The notes under the pieces were generated by a model that worked only from the letters and a program-made list of their open reading frames with translations, did not search any database and was not told the DNA's origin. Both the position numbers and the translations under genes were made by a program. A stretch of 64,000 nt of DNA from an uncultured virus (IMG/VR IMGVR_UViG_3300032007_000021) (Duplodnaviria; Heunggongvirae; Uroviricota; Caudoviricetes): IMG/VR virus record IMGVR_UViG_3300032007_000021; one strand, 5' to 3'. Of the stretch, positions 49,501-63,246 are shown piece after piece (the first letter of the stretch is position 1; each line of letters starts with the position of its first letter).

Positions 49501-52500
49501 ATACTCAACAACTTCCGTTTCTTCTTTACCCTTAAATCTGTCTTTGTAAATTTTATTCATTTCTTTCACAAAATCAAATTGAGCATCTTTGTCTCCAACC
49601 AATCCTTTCTACCAAAGTTTTCTAATTCCAGGGTCTTTAAGAGCATCTTGAAATTTCTACTTGTTCTCTTCAGTCACAATATCTTTTACATCCTTTAACT
49701 AACCTTTATCATTATACAAAACGTCTTTTAACCCACTTAAGATAGTATCATAATCTTTCTTTTCTGATTGCACACCAGCAGGTTTCTATATACCCTTTAA
49801 AAATTTATAAGAACTACGATAAAAATTTGAAAGTTGACTAAATTTCTATAATCTCTATTGATGTTTTGCATACTATGCTTTATCTGCATTGGCAGGATTA
49901 AATTCTTCGATCTTTTTCCATAAATTCGATAATTGGTCATAAGCATTTGTGGTTTGATCTTTACCTTCAACTTTTTCTGTAACAGTTATTCCACTTAAAA
50001 TATTAACATTATCTTTCAACCATTTTTTAACATCAATATCCTAAGCCCCCTTCTTCTTCTATAATTCTTTACCAATTTTCTATCTTCTCTCTAAAGCTGT
50101 TTCTTTATCTGTTTTTCTATTTTCTACCCATTTTCTCGCAACTTCTACTTCTCTGCCCCATCTTTTTTCTTCGTCAGACTAAGAAGAAGCACCAAATCTT
50201 TGTTTATTTATTCTTTTTGCATAAGCTTCATTCTTTTTTTGAACCGCCGCCTAAAGTTGTTTTCTATTCTATTCATATACTGATTCATGTTTTTTAGCCT
50301 ATTTACTATATCCCTACATTTGTTTCTTTAAAATCGCTTTTTGTATTGCGTCTCCACTACCAAAAAATCCCTTCTATTCTTTGGATTTAGCCTACTGCCT
50401 TTTTTTATAAGCTTCATCTATTTCCTACAAACGATTAACCTATTTCTTGTTAACCAAACTATCAGCTTTTTCCTTTATTTTAGCTATCGTATTTTCAAGA
50501 GAAGTTCTTGTTTCACTCATTAATTCACCTCTCTTCGCATAAATCTATATCTAATTCTTTGCCATCTATCCAAATAATTGCAAAGAATCACCATAAGCCA
50601 CCACTCTCTATTCAGAAACAGATAACACTTGATTCAAATCCGATAACATCTTAATCATCGGATTAAAATTAACCATCTCTATTATCTTTTCAACTTTTTT
50701 TGCTTCTTCTTGTAATTTCTACAAATATTGTGTATCCAAAGAAACTTTCATTTTTTCAGTAGATTTCTTTAAATCTACTCCCATTTGCAAACCTCTCAAA
50801 GCGATAAATTTTTTACTTGATTGCTCATAAAGTAATTTTTCTACACCAGTCATATTTGCTTTTGGTAAATCAACAAGCAAATCTACCATTTTTTCTTGCA
50901 ATAATTGCAAAGTTTCTTGAAACGCAACAGAATTATCCACATTTTCATTCAACTGTTCTATTTCACTAATCATTGTCTTATACATTTTTCTTGACTAATT
51001 GGCTGTAGGACTGTTTCCTGTTATAGCACCCATTTGTTGTCTAAGTTTCTCAAGAACATCACTTTTTTGTTGTGCAACAATTTGTTGAGATATTTCCTTT
51101 TGAAATACCTTGCCTTTTCTTTTATCTATAGATTCATTTACATTATTAATCAATTTTTTAATTTCAGACTTATTAGCCTGCTTTTGTGCATCTCCTTCAT
51201 AAGCACTGGAAAACTTTTGTTGCATACCACTAATTTCTTGTTGAGTTTTTTGTAACTCTGTCAAAAGATTAGCTTCATTTATCTTTCCCCCAGCCCCAAC
51301 AACATTTGTACCTTGAAACACACCTTGAACTTCTTTTGCTCTTTCTTCTACCAATCTACTCATTCTTGTACGAGTTGTTTCTATTCTTTCTCTGTCAAGA
51401 TTGTATTTTTGTGTTGTTTCCTACATTCCCTTTCTAATAGACTCACTCATTTCTTTCAAATAATTTTGATTCATAAATGATGAGCCAACATAATTTTGTC
51501 CCAAAAATTTTTGCAAAGAACCGGATAACTATGCTTTCATCTATCTCACAACCATTTCCGGCAATTCACTAAACTTACCAATAGAAGCACTTAAATCATT
51601 TAATACACTCATAAATTTTTCATTCTATTGATCTAAAATTCTTATTCCTTCAGCTTGTACAGCTTCAGGATCATTATCAAAATCTCTTGTCAACAACTAT
51701 TTTGTAGCCTATCCTATTGATCTAAAATTCTTGGAAAATGAATTTAAAGCATTTGTAAACATCATGCTTTGTTCAGCCATAAACGCAAGATTAGACCCGC
51801 CAAACTATCTTTTTAAACTGATTCCTGATTCAAATGCTTTTTTTGCTGTATCATAAAACTTTGTTAATGCACCACTTTTTACTTCATTCAAAATAGCATC
51901 TATCGCTCTCAAATGCGTTAAAGTCTTTAACATATCCGTTCTTTGTTTTTTTGCATTCTTTTGATAATCCAACATTCTCTTATTTGATTTGTTTTGTTCT
52001 TCAACAGCTTCTTCATTCAAAACATATTCTCCATCTTTCTCTTTAACAAATCTTGATTTTCTCCACTCTTTTCCCAGTTGTTCTTCCATAGCCGCTTCAA
52101 ATCCCTATTTAAGACCAATCTTTTGACCAATCTCTTGCGCTCCTAATGCCATACCTTGAAACGCCGCTTCTGTTCCTAAAACAGCACCAGCGCTTGCAAC
52201 AGGCGATGCTCCTATCGTTGCTATACCAGCGGCGGCTGAAGCTATGTGACCAATCATTGAAACATTTGAATAATATTCCTATCCTTTTTTCTTTGACTAT
52301 TCCTATTGTCTTCTCCTTACTTTTAAAGCATCAAACGCATTTTTAGATATATTAAAACCAAGTTCCTATTTCTGTCTTAATTTCCTCATATCCTACAACT
52401 ATTGTTTCGTTTCATCATTCTTTTGTAATTCTTCCAATTCTTTTTGCTTTTTATTAGACATCCAATTGGAAATTGCCATTCCACCAAGCCCAACAAGCGC

Positions 52501-54561
52501 TCCTGCCCCCGCTCCAATACCCGCTCTTAACAATCCTGCTTTTAATCCACCTTTACCAAAAAAACCACCACCATATCCTTTTACACCCATTTTATTAGAT
52601 ATATTTTTCAACATCATTAATGTGCCACCAAAACCAACAGTCATTCCTCCCAAAATACTAGCAACTTTTACAATGTTCTAACCATATTTAGCAACCATTA
52701 ACGAGCCTTGCTTTACAATATCTGGCATAGTATTAACAACAAACACCTCAAAATCTTCCAACCGTTTTTCAATATTTTGATTCGTCTATAAAATAGCCTT
52801 GTCCCCTTCACTCATTTTCAACATCCCTTCAAACTATCCAAAAGCACCTTTTTCAAACAACTATATAGCCGCATCAATTTTTCCACCCTACAACAAATTT
52901 GAAAACAAATTTAATTTATCCTAAGAATCATCACTCATTCCTAACATCACATCTATTTGTGCTTTCGGAATATCTTTCAATGTATTCATTACTTCCTTAA
53001 AATCTTCAACATCCAATTTCCCAAGATTTTGTCTCAAATTTTCAGCAAGTATATTTGCTGTTCCAAATCCTTTATTGCTATTTACAGCAAATTCTTTTAT
53101 TGCAGGACTTAAACCAATTATTTCTTTTCTTGTCAAATTCATTTGATTTCTAAAATTAGTCAAACGATTTTCATCTCCAAAAGCTGTTTTACTTATCCTC
53201 TCAACACCTTTCATTGCAACATTTAATTCAGTAACATTCATTATGGATTCTTTTACCTTATCACTAAATTCTTTCACTGCTTTTCCCAACAAAGCAACAG
53301 AAGCAACTAATGCAATGAAACCAGTTGGATTCTTACCAAAAATTTCATCAAAAGAATGTGCAAAACGCTAAGATTTCTTTCCAAACTAATCTAATATATT
53401 TTCTGACTATCCTATAGAATCATTTAATTTTTCAATCTTTTTATAAGCATCTTCCATAGATTTTAAGTCTTTAGCGCTAATCAATTCTCCAACCGCAGAT
53501 TTTAAAGCGTTTTTCTATGAAAAAGCACCACTTCGATTAACTCTCTCGGCAACTTTTGCTGACATAGCAAAAATTTTTGTTTGTCTGTCCTGCTATATCT
53601 TTTCTATACCAGTTTTACCCATTGCAAGATGACTTGACTTAACAGCCAAATTTTTTAAGTTTATTCCCTATAAACTTTTAGGATCACCAAGTTCTTCCTA
53701 TAACTTGTTCCATTTTTCTTTCACTTCTTCTATCTATTTAGATAATTTCTATAATCCAGAAAAACTATTGGTTTTACTAACATCTAAATCATAAAATTTT
53801 ATCTGTTCACTATTTAAATTAGTATAATCATCAATTAATTTATCAAGCATCTTTTTTTGATACTATAAAGTTTTTCTTTGAGAATCAGACAAAGAATCAC
53901 TCTTCAACTCTTGATTTATAGCTAATTTTGAACCAACTAAACTCAATCGTTTTTGTGTTTTCTACTATAAAACATCTTTATTTGTATAAAAACCTCTTTG
54001 CAAGCTCTTAAAATCATTTGCATCAGTAGATAATTTCGGTCTTAAACCTTTTGTCAAATCGCGCATAAAATACTAATTAAAATAAGATTTTCCAATTATT
54101 CCTGACAATTTAATTTTCGGCAAACCATCTTTAACTACATTTTTTAATTTTTCAACCTGTTTCGTCAACAAAGAAATACTGTCAATTCCTGTCATCTTAA
54201 AATCAACGATTTGAGATTGAGCTTCCTTTACTTCTTTAAAAGCTGTCACTAATTTTTTTATGTCTTTATCACTGTTTCCAAGTTTTCCAAAACTTGAAAT
54301 CAAAACATTTGTCTATATGTCAGACTCAGCCACACTTTTTTTGTATTTTCCAAATAATTCAACCACATCTTCAATACAATCTTTTAAACTGTTGCCTCCT
54401 TGAGTCAACGAAAACACTATGGAATTTAACGCACTCATATCCTATTTTGATTTTGATGCGTTTTCTTGTATCTTTCCAAGCGCTTCCGCTAACTCTATCT
54501 ATCCATTTTGCACCAAATTTTGCCTTTCAACATCAATTTGGTTCATTATGTCACGAGGCAT
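46528..54561 (-). CDS. Tail tape measure protein (~2,677 aa)
   Basis: Nine track ORFs all in one frame, separated by TAGs; coiled-coil, Gly/Ala hydrophobic segments; GGAG RBS; ends TGA. Confidence 0.85.
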
Positions 54562-54572
54562 TTATTTTCTCC

Positions 54573-55082
54573 TTAAATGATATTCATTTTCTTCTCAAAT
54601 GTAGCCAATACCGTGTCTAAAAGACTAGAAGGTAATAAATATATCAGCTACAATGTTTCATCGCTTAAAGCACCGTTTGGATCAAATTTTAAGGGTATCT
54701 TGTTTCCTTCTTCATCCTACAAATTCCAATCCACCAAATGCCATACCAAAAAGAACTATCTTAATTTTAACGTATTAATTGTTGTTGTTTTATCTTCAGC
54801 GTTGTATTGCAAACTTCTGTTTCTGTAACGATTCAATTTATCATACGAAACCTTGCTGAATTTAAACGTATAATCCTTTCGAACAAAAACATCATCTTTA
54901 CCATCATCTTTTACATATTCCAAAGGAAATATCATAATCAATTCCCCTGTCTATGCAGAATGGAAACCAACCACCGTAATCTCAATCTTTTCATCTTTTT
55001 TGATGAAAATTTTAGGTACAATTTTTGATTTAACTTCTTTGTTCTACGCCACTTCAACTACTTCTTTTTTCTCTTCTTCCAT
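54573..55082 (-). CDS. Putative tail assembly chaperone
   Basis: Directly upstream of TMP; LVDWNL..LSDET; paralogous to 56660-57208. Confidence 0.6.
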
Positions 55083-55103
55083 TTTATACTCCTCTACTTT
55101 TAC

Positions 55104-55964
55104 TTATGTTATCTTGAATATTTCACTCGAAGCCACATTACTTCCACTAATTTTATAAGTTTTCATTCCTTCTCCATTTACTCCTCCAAACTGCCAATTC
55201 TCAGACTATTTATATTCATTTATAAATGAAAAATTATGACTTCCAAGTTTGATTGTCGTACTCTTTAACCAATTTTCCAAACTTGTAATAGTTGCACTAC
55301 ATTCAATAATTCCAACCCGAATATAAGTAGGCATTAAATTGTCGTTGTTCAAAAAAACTGGCACACAATTTCTTTGAAATGAAATATTGAAAGATTGTAA
55401 ATATATCTTCCCTTCTGTATTAATCCCTGTTCCTTCATTATTCTGTCCAACAACACCATATTGCCAATACTTTTCAGGGCTATCATTTAATACAATCTCC
55501 CTATTTTCCCAATTTGAAACCTAAAACTATTCTTTGTAATTATTTACACTTTGAAAACTTATTGAACAATTTATCGTTCCGTTTGTTGATCCGTTTATAT
55601 CAAAATTGTTCCAAACACACTTTCTCATAGTAATTACTTTCATACCGTCACAAACAATCACATCAAAAACAGTTTTTCTGTTAAAAAAATCATTTGGTTC
55701 TTTTTCTCCAGATGGAGCAAAAAAGAAATTACTCAAGCCTTTTGTCAATTCAAAAGATAAATTGCCGCTAAAATTTAATGTTCCATAATTCAGCCTTATT
55801 TTTGATCTCCCTTTATCCGAAAAAGGAACGTGATATGTGTTTTGAAAAGCAACATTAAATGATCTGTCAACACTACCATTTGTCAATGGAACATAATAAG
55901 AGCTTGATCCAAATTTTAATATGCACCAACCTCCAAAACCTAAGTTATAACTTGTTACAGCCAT
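55104..55964 (-). CDS. Tail tube-like protein
   Basis: Beta-rich, GFGGW N-terminus, FSGNLSFELT; resembles 59901-60989. Confidence 0.55.
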
Positions 55965-55974
55965 ATTTTACCTC

Positions 55975-56667
55975 TCAAAATCCATAACTCACACTATTTT
56001 TTCCACTCTTATTTGCATTATTGTTTCTTGCAATTTTGGAAGCAGTTAATTCATTATCAGCATTCAATATCCTTCTCAATCCATCAAAAACTTCTTGAGG
56101 CAATCTTTGAATATCATAATAATTCAATCCAAACTTCTACCAAAAAGCAACCAAATCACAATACAAACTAACAGTCCAATGTGGATTACTAATTCCTTGT
56201 CCTTTATCAAAAAGCAAATAACATTGCTTTTGAATTTTACCATTCTATTCTTCAGTAAACCCAGCTCTATATACATATTGCTATAAAACGATTTTTAATA
56301 TCCGAGGATGAATTTTATATATCTTCTCCATACTTTCATCATCCAACATGCCATCTTCGTTTCTATACACTTCAAAATCAAGGTTTGAACCCTTATACAT
56401 AAATCTCAATATGTACTCTTTTAACTTTCGAGTATTATAAATATAAATCATATCAAATTCATTCACGCCTTGTTGCTACAAAATACAATCTTGCTAAATT
56501 AAAGTCCAAAAATAATGATTCATATTATAAAAATAAAAATCCAGTCGCTATGTGTTGGGTTTCTACTCTTCAAAGACATAAGGTTGTTTTCCGGATTCTT
56601 TATAAACCCAGCAACTTATTTTTTGCTCATCTTTGTCATATTTATCTATACGATATATATTATTCAT
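55975..56667 (-). CDS. Putative tail assembly protein
   Basis: Read through TAGs; LDDES motif; FW*KFGLNYYDIQRLP. Confidence 0.55.
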
Positions 56668-57208
56668 TTCCCTATAAAACTCCATTCATCATGTTGATAA
56701 TATTATTGATTATCACGGGGAAAAAGCCAAGTATTACCTGATAACTTTCATCACTTAATACTCCCCCACAATGCAACAATTTGAACTTTGCATCTATCTA
56801 TCCAAAAGACCAATCCAATATCAACCTTTTTATTTTTATTTCATTCAATTTATTAGAATCTATTAGAAAACTTCTTGACTATTGGTTGAATTTCATACAA
56901 TTTTCTTTCCATTCCAACTATTCTTTATAATTCCACATACGAAATTTAACCCAATGATGCTACGCTTCAGAATAAAACTACACATCAGAATCCGGTATCA
57001 CATTAATCCTTTGTTCATTCTATATCAAGCCAAATTTTATTACAAAAAAACTTTCCTTTGAAACTTCATATTTCGTAAAAGATTTTTTTTCTTTTTTCTC
57101 TTCTTTTACTTGCTTCTTTATTTCAACTTTTTGCACATTATTATTTGTAAGACCTAAACGATCTTGAACACTCATTTTCGCGTTTTTCAAATTTGAAAAA
57201 TCATCCAT
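56660..57208 (-). CDS. Putative tail assembly chaperone
   Basis: LILDWSF..LSDES; GAGG RBS. Confidence 0.6.
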
Positions 57209-57225
57209 ATAATTACCTCTTAAAA

Positions 57226-59817
57226 TTATAATTCAATCTCGTAATTCATATTCTTTTCGATTTTATTTACATAATTAATTATACTATCAAAAGTCATAAG
57301 ATAATTCTTGAATAAAACTATCCACCTCGCCAAATCTTGTATATCATCAGATGTTTTTATAATATTTTCAAACTCAGAATTCGAACCAATTAAATACAAA
57401 CAATAATCGTCAAATTTATAGGAATTTAAAGCAAGAAAAGCAGAATCACTTTCTCCAAATATTTTTTCAATTTCATTCATCATCAAATACAATCTCGCAG
57501 ATGACTAACTATAACTTCCGGAAAAACTTTCACTCTAATCCGGATAATAACAAATTTTCTTTAATTCATTCAACAAATAATGATAATTACCATCTATCAT
57601 ATTCATAATCTTCTCGTTCAGACAGTTCTTGTTGTATTTAATAAATTCAAAAGATTCATTCAAAAAATCAAACAAATAACTTGATTTTTGATAAAACAAA
57701 CTCTTCAAATTTCCGTTGATTTCATTTATAATCTCTCTAATATGACTGTTGGAAATGTTCAAAAATTCTTCATTTGTACTTTCTATTTTTTGAAGAATAT
57801 CAAAAATTTTGTCCAAATCACTTTCACTCTTATCAAAACAATCAGACAAATCTTGCAAACAAATATCTATTTTATCTGACAAACCTTTCAAGCTCATCAA
57901 ATTTATCCTTGAATTTGAAAGTCTGCCCAACAAATCTCTCATAACATCTTTCAGAACAATGACCTAAAAACTGTATGAATTACTATAAGAAAAACTATGC
58001 GAAAAAGACTTATCATATAAATACAAAACATCCCCGTAATTCTTATATATTTCACTGTTTGATACAACCTATATTCTAACAAAATTTTCATCATAAATCA
58101 AATTACTGTTGGAATAAACTCCATGCTATAACATCAAATTTGAATCAGAATAATAAGTATCATCTTCAAAAATCAAACGAAACTATCCATTTTCATTTAA
58201 CTCGTAAATCTTGTTATTCATCAACTATATTTGAGCAACAGAATCATAACTATATCTATCACACAATTTTTTAAATTTTTCATTCAATTCAACAACAGCA
58301 TTGCAATAATAATTTCTCTTTTCAAAATCGAACAAATTTTCTTTTATGTCAACTTCCAAATATTTTTCATATACATCTTGGGAAAAAATCAAAGCATCAA
58401 TTTCATCTATTTTCTTTTGAACATCGCTGACAGAATACTGTTTTAATCTACCATAATCTTCTTTTACATTTACAAGAATGATGGAAAAACTACTATCACT
58501 TTCATATCTATTTATTAAATATGTGTTTTCATTTATAACACCACTTGTATCTATATCTAAAACAGAAAAATCTAAAACTATTTCATCTTTATAAAAACTT
58601 CTTCCATTCTAACTTTTCAACAAATCCTCTAAACTATAAATATTGTCATAAACAACACCAAAAAAATTCAAAACAACCTCTCTTGAATCAGTTGTTTGTT
58701 CTACTATCACAGACAAATTATTTGTGTTCAACTCTCTTAATTTTTGATAGCTGAAATAAAGAGAACTATCCGACTTATCAACAAAATTACCATAATCAAC
58801 TTTTGCTTCTTCCAACAACCTATTTGTCTTATTAATTTGAACTTCATATTTTTTCTTGACAACGGAACTTGACTCCTATTCAATCAAAGTGTTTTCCATG
58901 TTTCCCAGCAACAAGTATTTCATTTCGTATAAGGAAATATTGTCTCTATTACCAATAACAGGATTTACTTCTTGCAACAAACATCCTTTCAAATTCAAGA
59001 AATTTTTTCCATCAAATTTCAACAAAACATTTTGCGTTTTCAAATCTTCTCTTGTAAGATAACCATTATTCAAATCTTGCTTGAAATCAAAACTCATTGC
59101 CTTGTTCATTATAACCGAACATCCAAATTCAACTGTCGGCCTTTCAAAAATAATTTGATAACAAGCCGGAGCATAATCATCATTGACTCCACTCATTGCA
59201 TATTTAGCATTCAAATTTTGACTAAAATTAAAATCAAATTCAATTACATCACTCTTTATCCCATTGAACAACTACAAACCAAATCTGTAATATGCTAATA
59301 TATCTCCTTCTCTTTTCTTGAATGGAAAATGATTTTGCATACCAATCAAATGATAATTATTATTTGAAAAAACTGAAGATACAGAACCAACATTTTCCAT
59401 AACCGTAAAAAAATCAATTTTCATCACTAAAACAGAATTTTCAGAAACAGAAAATCCCAACGCCATAACATAATTCTATTTCTTATCAAATACAAAACCC
59501 GTTGATGGATCAATAAATTTTAACCAAACTCTTCCTTTCCTATTATTGCAAATCAAATCTATAAAATCATTCAATAAATCCACTGTACATTCAATCTAAA
59601 CACTTGTTTCACAAGTCAAAGCATCTTGAATTACAGGATTGCCATATCTATACAAAGTTTCTGCATCTCTCTATAACGAATGGTAAACACCGGATGTGGT
59701 TATCCAATTCCTATTTACACTAATAGTATATGATGTCGCTGAAATATATCTTTCTATTCCAGCAACATTCATTGTTCCATATCCGGTGAAACCTTTACAT
59801 AATAACTTTGTACTCAT
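57226..59817 (-). CDS. Large virion protein with tube-like N-terminal domain (~863 aa)
   Basis: Five track ORFs in one frame; GFTGYG N-terminus. Confidence 0.6.
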
Positions 59818-59837
59818 ATTCTTTGTTCTTCTCAATT

Positions 59838-59875
59838 AAAAAAGGGCATCCGCACCTATCATACGGACACCCTTT
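59838..59875 (-). terminator. Rho-independent terminator after the putative major tail protein
   Basis: AAAGGGTGTCCG/CGGATGCCCTTT stem with G-U pairs plus T-run. Confidence 0.7.
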
Positions 59876-59900
59876 ATTTTTCAATCAAACTTTAGAATAA

Positions 59901-60989
59901 TTAACCTTCAACCACAGATGAACTAGAATTATCTTCAAAAGGTGTATGTAAGGAAATCGGTGGCTCTTTCCCGTTACCAATAGCTTGGAAACTGAAATCA
60001 GCAGTAATATACTGTCCACCAGTCTGAATTGAAGTGTTACCACTCTGATTAATCGCAGTAGGAATAAAAATCCATGTCTTATCTTTGTTTGCAATCTTAT
60101 CTCCATGACCAACTTCATTGGAAGCATTCATCATGAATCTCAAAGAACGTCCAGTATGATATTTCTCTGGTTCGAAATCACCTTGCAATCTGAACACTGT
60201 ATAACTTCCGCTACCAGTCATAGTACCAATCAAAAGATAATCCGGGCCAAGAGGAGCCTCCTATCCATCCATAGCGGCTTGACCAATATTAGAACCAGAG
60301 CCTTGTTGACAGCATTTTAACGGAGTGATTTCAGAACTATATTCTGCACTCCATGTTGTAATATCATTCAAAATAGTATTAGCTTCTTCAGGTGTTCCAT
60401 CTATCGGGCCACGCAACACTTTAGTTGCCCAATAAGGATACAATCCATTCCTTGCCATAGGCAAAACACCATTAGATATACCAAGCGGAGTATTGCTACT
60501 AGTACCTGTAATAACTCTGTTTCTTGCATTAGGATCGGTACTCATGCCATCAATATAACTTTGGAAATCACAATCACAACTAACCACATCACCTTCACTT
60601 GCATTGAATCTCAAAGAAGAACACCAACCATAACCATCAAAGCCATTTTCGCCATTAGGAAGAATAACAATCCTTGTTCCTGAAGGCTCTCCTCTTCTGG
60701 TAAAACAGAACAAATCAACACAATATAATCCTTCTCCCTATGTAAGTTGGAAACTGAAGTTACCTTCCAATCTTAAATAGTTGTTTGCATAAGCAACCTG
60801 TTCTGCTGCATTCTGATAACCAGCTCCCCAAACTCCTTGAGAGAAAATAGGATCATGATTAATCGTAAAAGAACCACCAGTTGCCAATAAAGTTGTAACT
60901 TTCTATTTTAACTACGCATCAAACGTACCATTTCCTAATTGTACGACACCTCTATATCCAGCATCGCCGCTAAAAAGTGTTCTTCCCAT
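59901..60989 (-). CDS. Putative major tail tube protein
   Basis: GYRGVVQLG, LEGNFSFQLT; GGAG RBS; followed by a terminator. Confidence 0.6.
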
Positions 60990-61045
60990 ACTTTTATCTC
61001 CTTATATATTTAAGTTTATCTCTATATATTTGCAATATAAACAAA

Positions 61046-61237
61046 TTATTTTAATTTATCCAACTATTTTTTCAATCGAACTAATTTCTTGAGCATACTG
61101 TCACAGTAATACTCTATCCTTTCAGAATCATTCTTTGTTAAATTATTCTTAAATTCATTTTTTATTTGCATTTCATCTTTTACGACTTCATACAATTTCT
61201 ATTTCACTTTTGTTCTTTCATAATCTCTGTAAATCAT
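61046..61237 (-). CDS. Hypothetical protein
   Basis: ATGA overlap; 2 TAG. Confidence 0.45.
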
Positions 61238-61440
61238 GAATACAACTCCGTTTTTAATTTTTGCAAATAAAAAATTGAATAATTCACAGATTTTTTCAAC
61301 TATTTCAAATCTTCATCATTAAAGCTTGAATCCAGTCCATAATAAAAATTTACTTTTATTCCTTCATCTCGGAACAAAGCTTCATTCAACCCTTGTCTAA
61401 ATTTATTAAATAAAAATCTCTGTTTTTTTATGTCTGGCAT
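61234..61440 (-). CDS. Hypothetical protein
   Basis: GGGAG RBS; 1 TAG. Confidence 0.5.
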
Positions 61441-61482
61441 ATTTTTCTCCCTTTTAACATTAATTTAATATAAACAAAATAT

Positions 61483-62037
61483 TTATATCAAAACATCCTC
61501 TTTATAATCCATTTTGGCTGGCCCCAACGTCAAATCTCCAACAGGGAATGTCTATATAACCTTACCACTCCAATCCCATTGTGCAACTCTTATTGAACCA
61601 TCTTTCGACGAATTATAAACAACACTACTTATTGTACCAAATTGACAATAAACTGGTGTTTTATTTTTATCGTGATATTCATTTGGAATAATGAAACACA
61701 TATTACTTGGATAAGTATATATTTGAACAATCCTTCTTGTCAACTAAGATATATATTCCGCTCCCAATTCATCATTATCACAATTAACTGTCAACGTACA
61801 TTGTATTGTATATTCTCCTGATTGTGCAGATGTCGTAATCCACTCATTAGAACCATTTGTAGGCTCAAACTATATACAAGGAAATGAAGATAGTGGTAAA
61901 GTCTTTCTCATGCCTATAAACACGTTTAAATGCTCATTAGAACCAAGATAATGTTGCAATATCTCATCTATACTTTCAGTATTAACTTCAAGTATTTCTA
62001 TCAATGCTTTAATTATGTTTATCGGAGAAATATACAT
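61483..62037 (-). CDS. Putative tail terminator/completion protein
   Basis: Position between neck and tube genes; FPCI*FEP. Confidence 0.55.
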
Positions 62038-62052
62038 TCAAAAATTCCTTCC

Positions 62053-62802
62053 TTACTACATTCTCTAAGGATTCTTACTTGGCATTAATTCCGGAGGGGC
62101 AAAATGACTTATTCCATTTGCTTTCCATCTCAATCCCGGTATTCTTGCATTATATATAGTAAGTTGATATATCTATTTCCTCGCTTCCTATATATATTTA
62201 CTTACTGCTTCTGTTTGATTCGGCTATAAATTTTGAAACTATGATTGTAACAACAATCCTGCTGTCCATTGCAAAGCGGTTAATCTTATTTTTCCGGGAA
62301 ACACTTTCTCTAATGTCCCATCTGGATTTACTCTATTATATCTTCTTACAGGAACAAAATAATACTACTATAAATATGAATCAATATGACCATTCACTAA
62401 TTTCATATATTTTTCAACCATTTCATTTGTGATTTTACACAATTTTCCGTTTCCAATATTCAAAGATTTACAAAACAACAAAACATCATTGACTGTTCCG
62501 GCATAATATTCAAAACTCCAAGTCTCATCTCCATTTTGTTCTATACCAAAATTACTGTTTCCTTTATTAATAATTACACTATAAGGTTTTTGTTGTGTTG
62601 GTAAATACTATTCGTTAAAAGTAATTTGAATTGTATCATCATCTATATACTTCACCTATAAAACAGCATACTAATTGTTTTCATCATAAATTTGACAAAA
62701 AACATACCCGTTAAACAAATGTTTAACGGTTAAAACATTAGCTTCCCATGTATAAGAATAATACGTTCCTGTATAATTTTCATCAGTAACTTCTATCAAC
62801 AT
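62053..62802 (-). CDS. Putative head-tail connector protein
   Basis: GHIDSYL**YYFVP motif; neck-module position. Confidence 0.55.
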
Positions 62803-63236
62803 AAATCAAATTCTCCAAACTTAAAATTCATTTGTTTTGGATTGTTTCTTATTTCTTTTTGCCAAACGGTATCATTATCCATAATCTTCTATAATTTATT
62901 CTTATCAAAACTCGGTATTCTTTCAAAAATCTGTTTCGCATATTTAGGCATCTTATTGAAACATATTTGTATTTGTTTTGAAGTCAGAAAATTTTTATTA
63001 TTATACCACTTACAAATACTTGTTAATATCTCCGCATCATTACCAGTAAATCCAACATTATTCAAATCTCTTGTAATATTCTATTCTTTTTCTTCAGGTG
63101 TCTGTTGTTCGCAAATAACTTGCAAGGCTCTTAACAACCATCTCTTATCTGTCATCAACTTATATTTCAAATAAGCTATCATCTATTTTTTAAAATACTA
63201 TGCCGTTATTTCTTTTGCAATTTTAAATATATTCAT
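62796..63236 (-). CDS. Conserved hypothetical protein with partial leader motif
   Basis: MNIFKIAKEITA; RAL..QTPEEK..NNVGFTGNDAEILTS..SKQ..MPKYAKQ. Confidence 0.7.
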
Positions 63237-63246
63237 ACTTAACTCC

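Noticed and set aside
2156..63174. Plus-strand ORFs in the track
   Set aside because: They are Phe/Leu/Ile/Ser-rich antisense shadows of minus-strand genes with no recognisable motifs.
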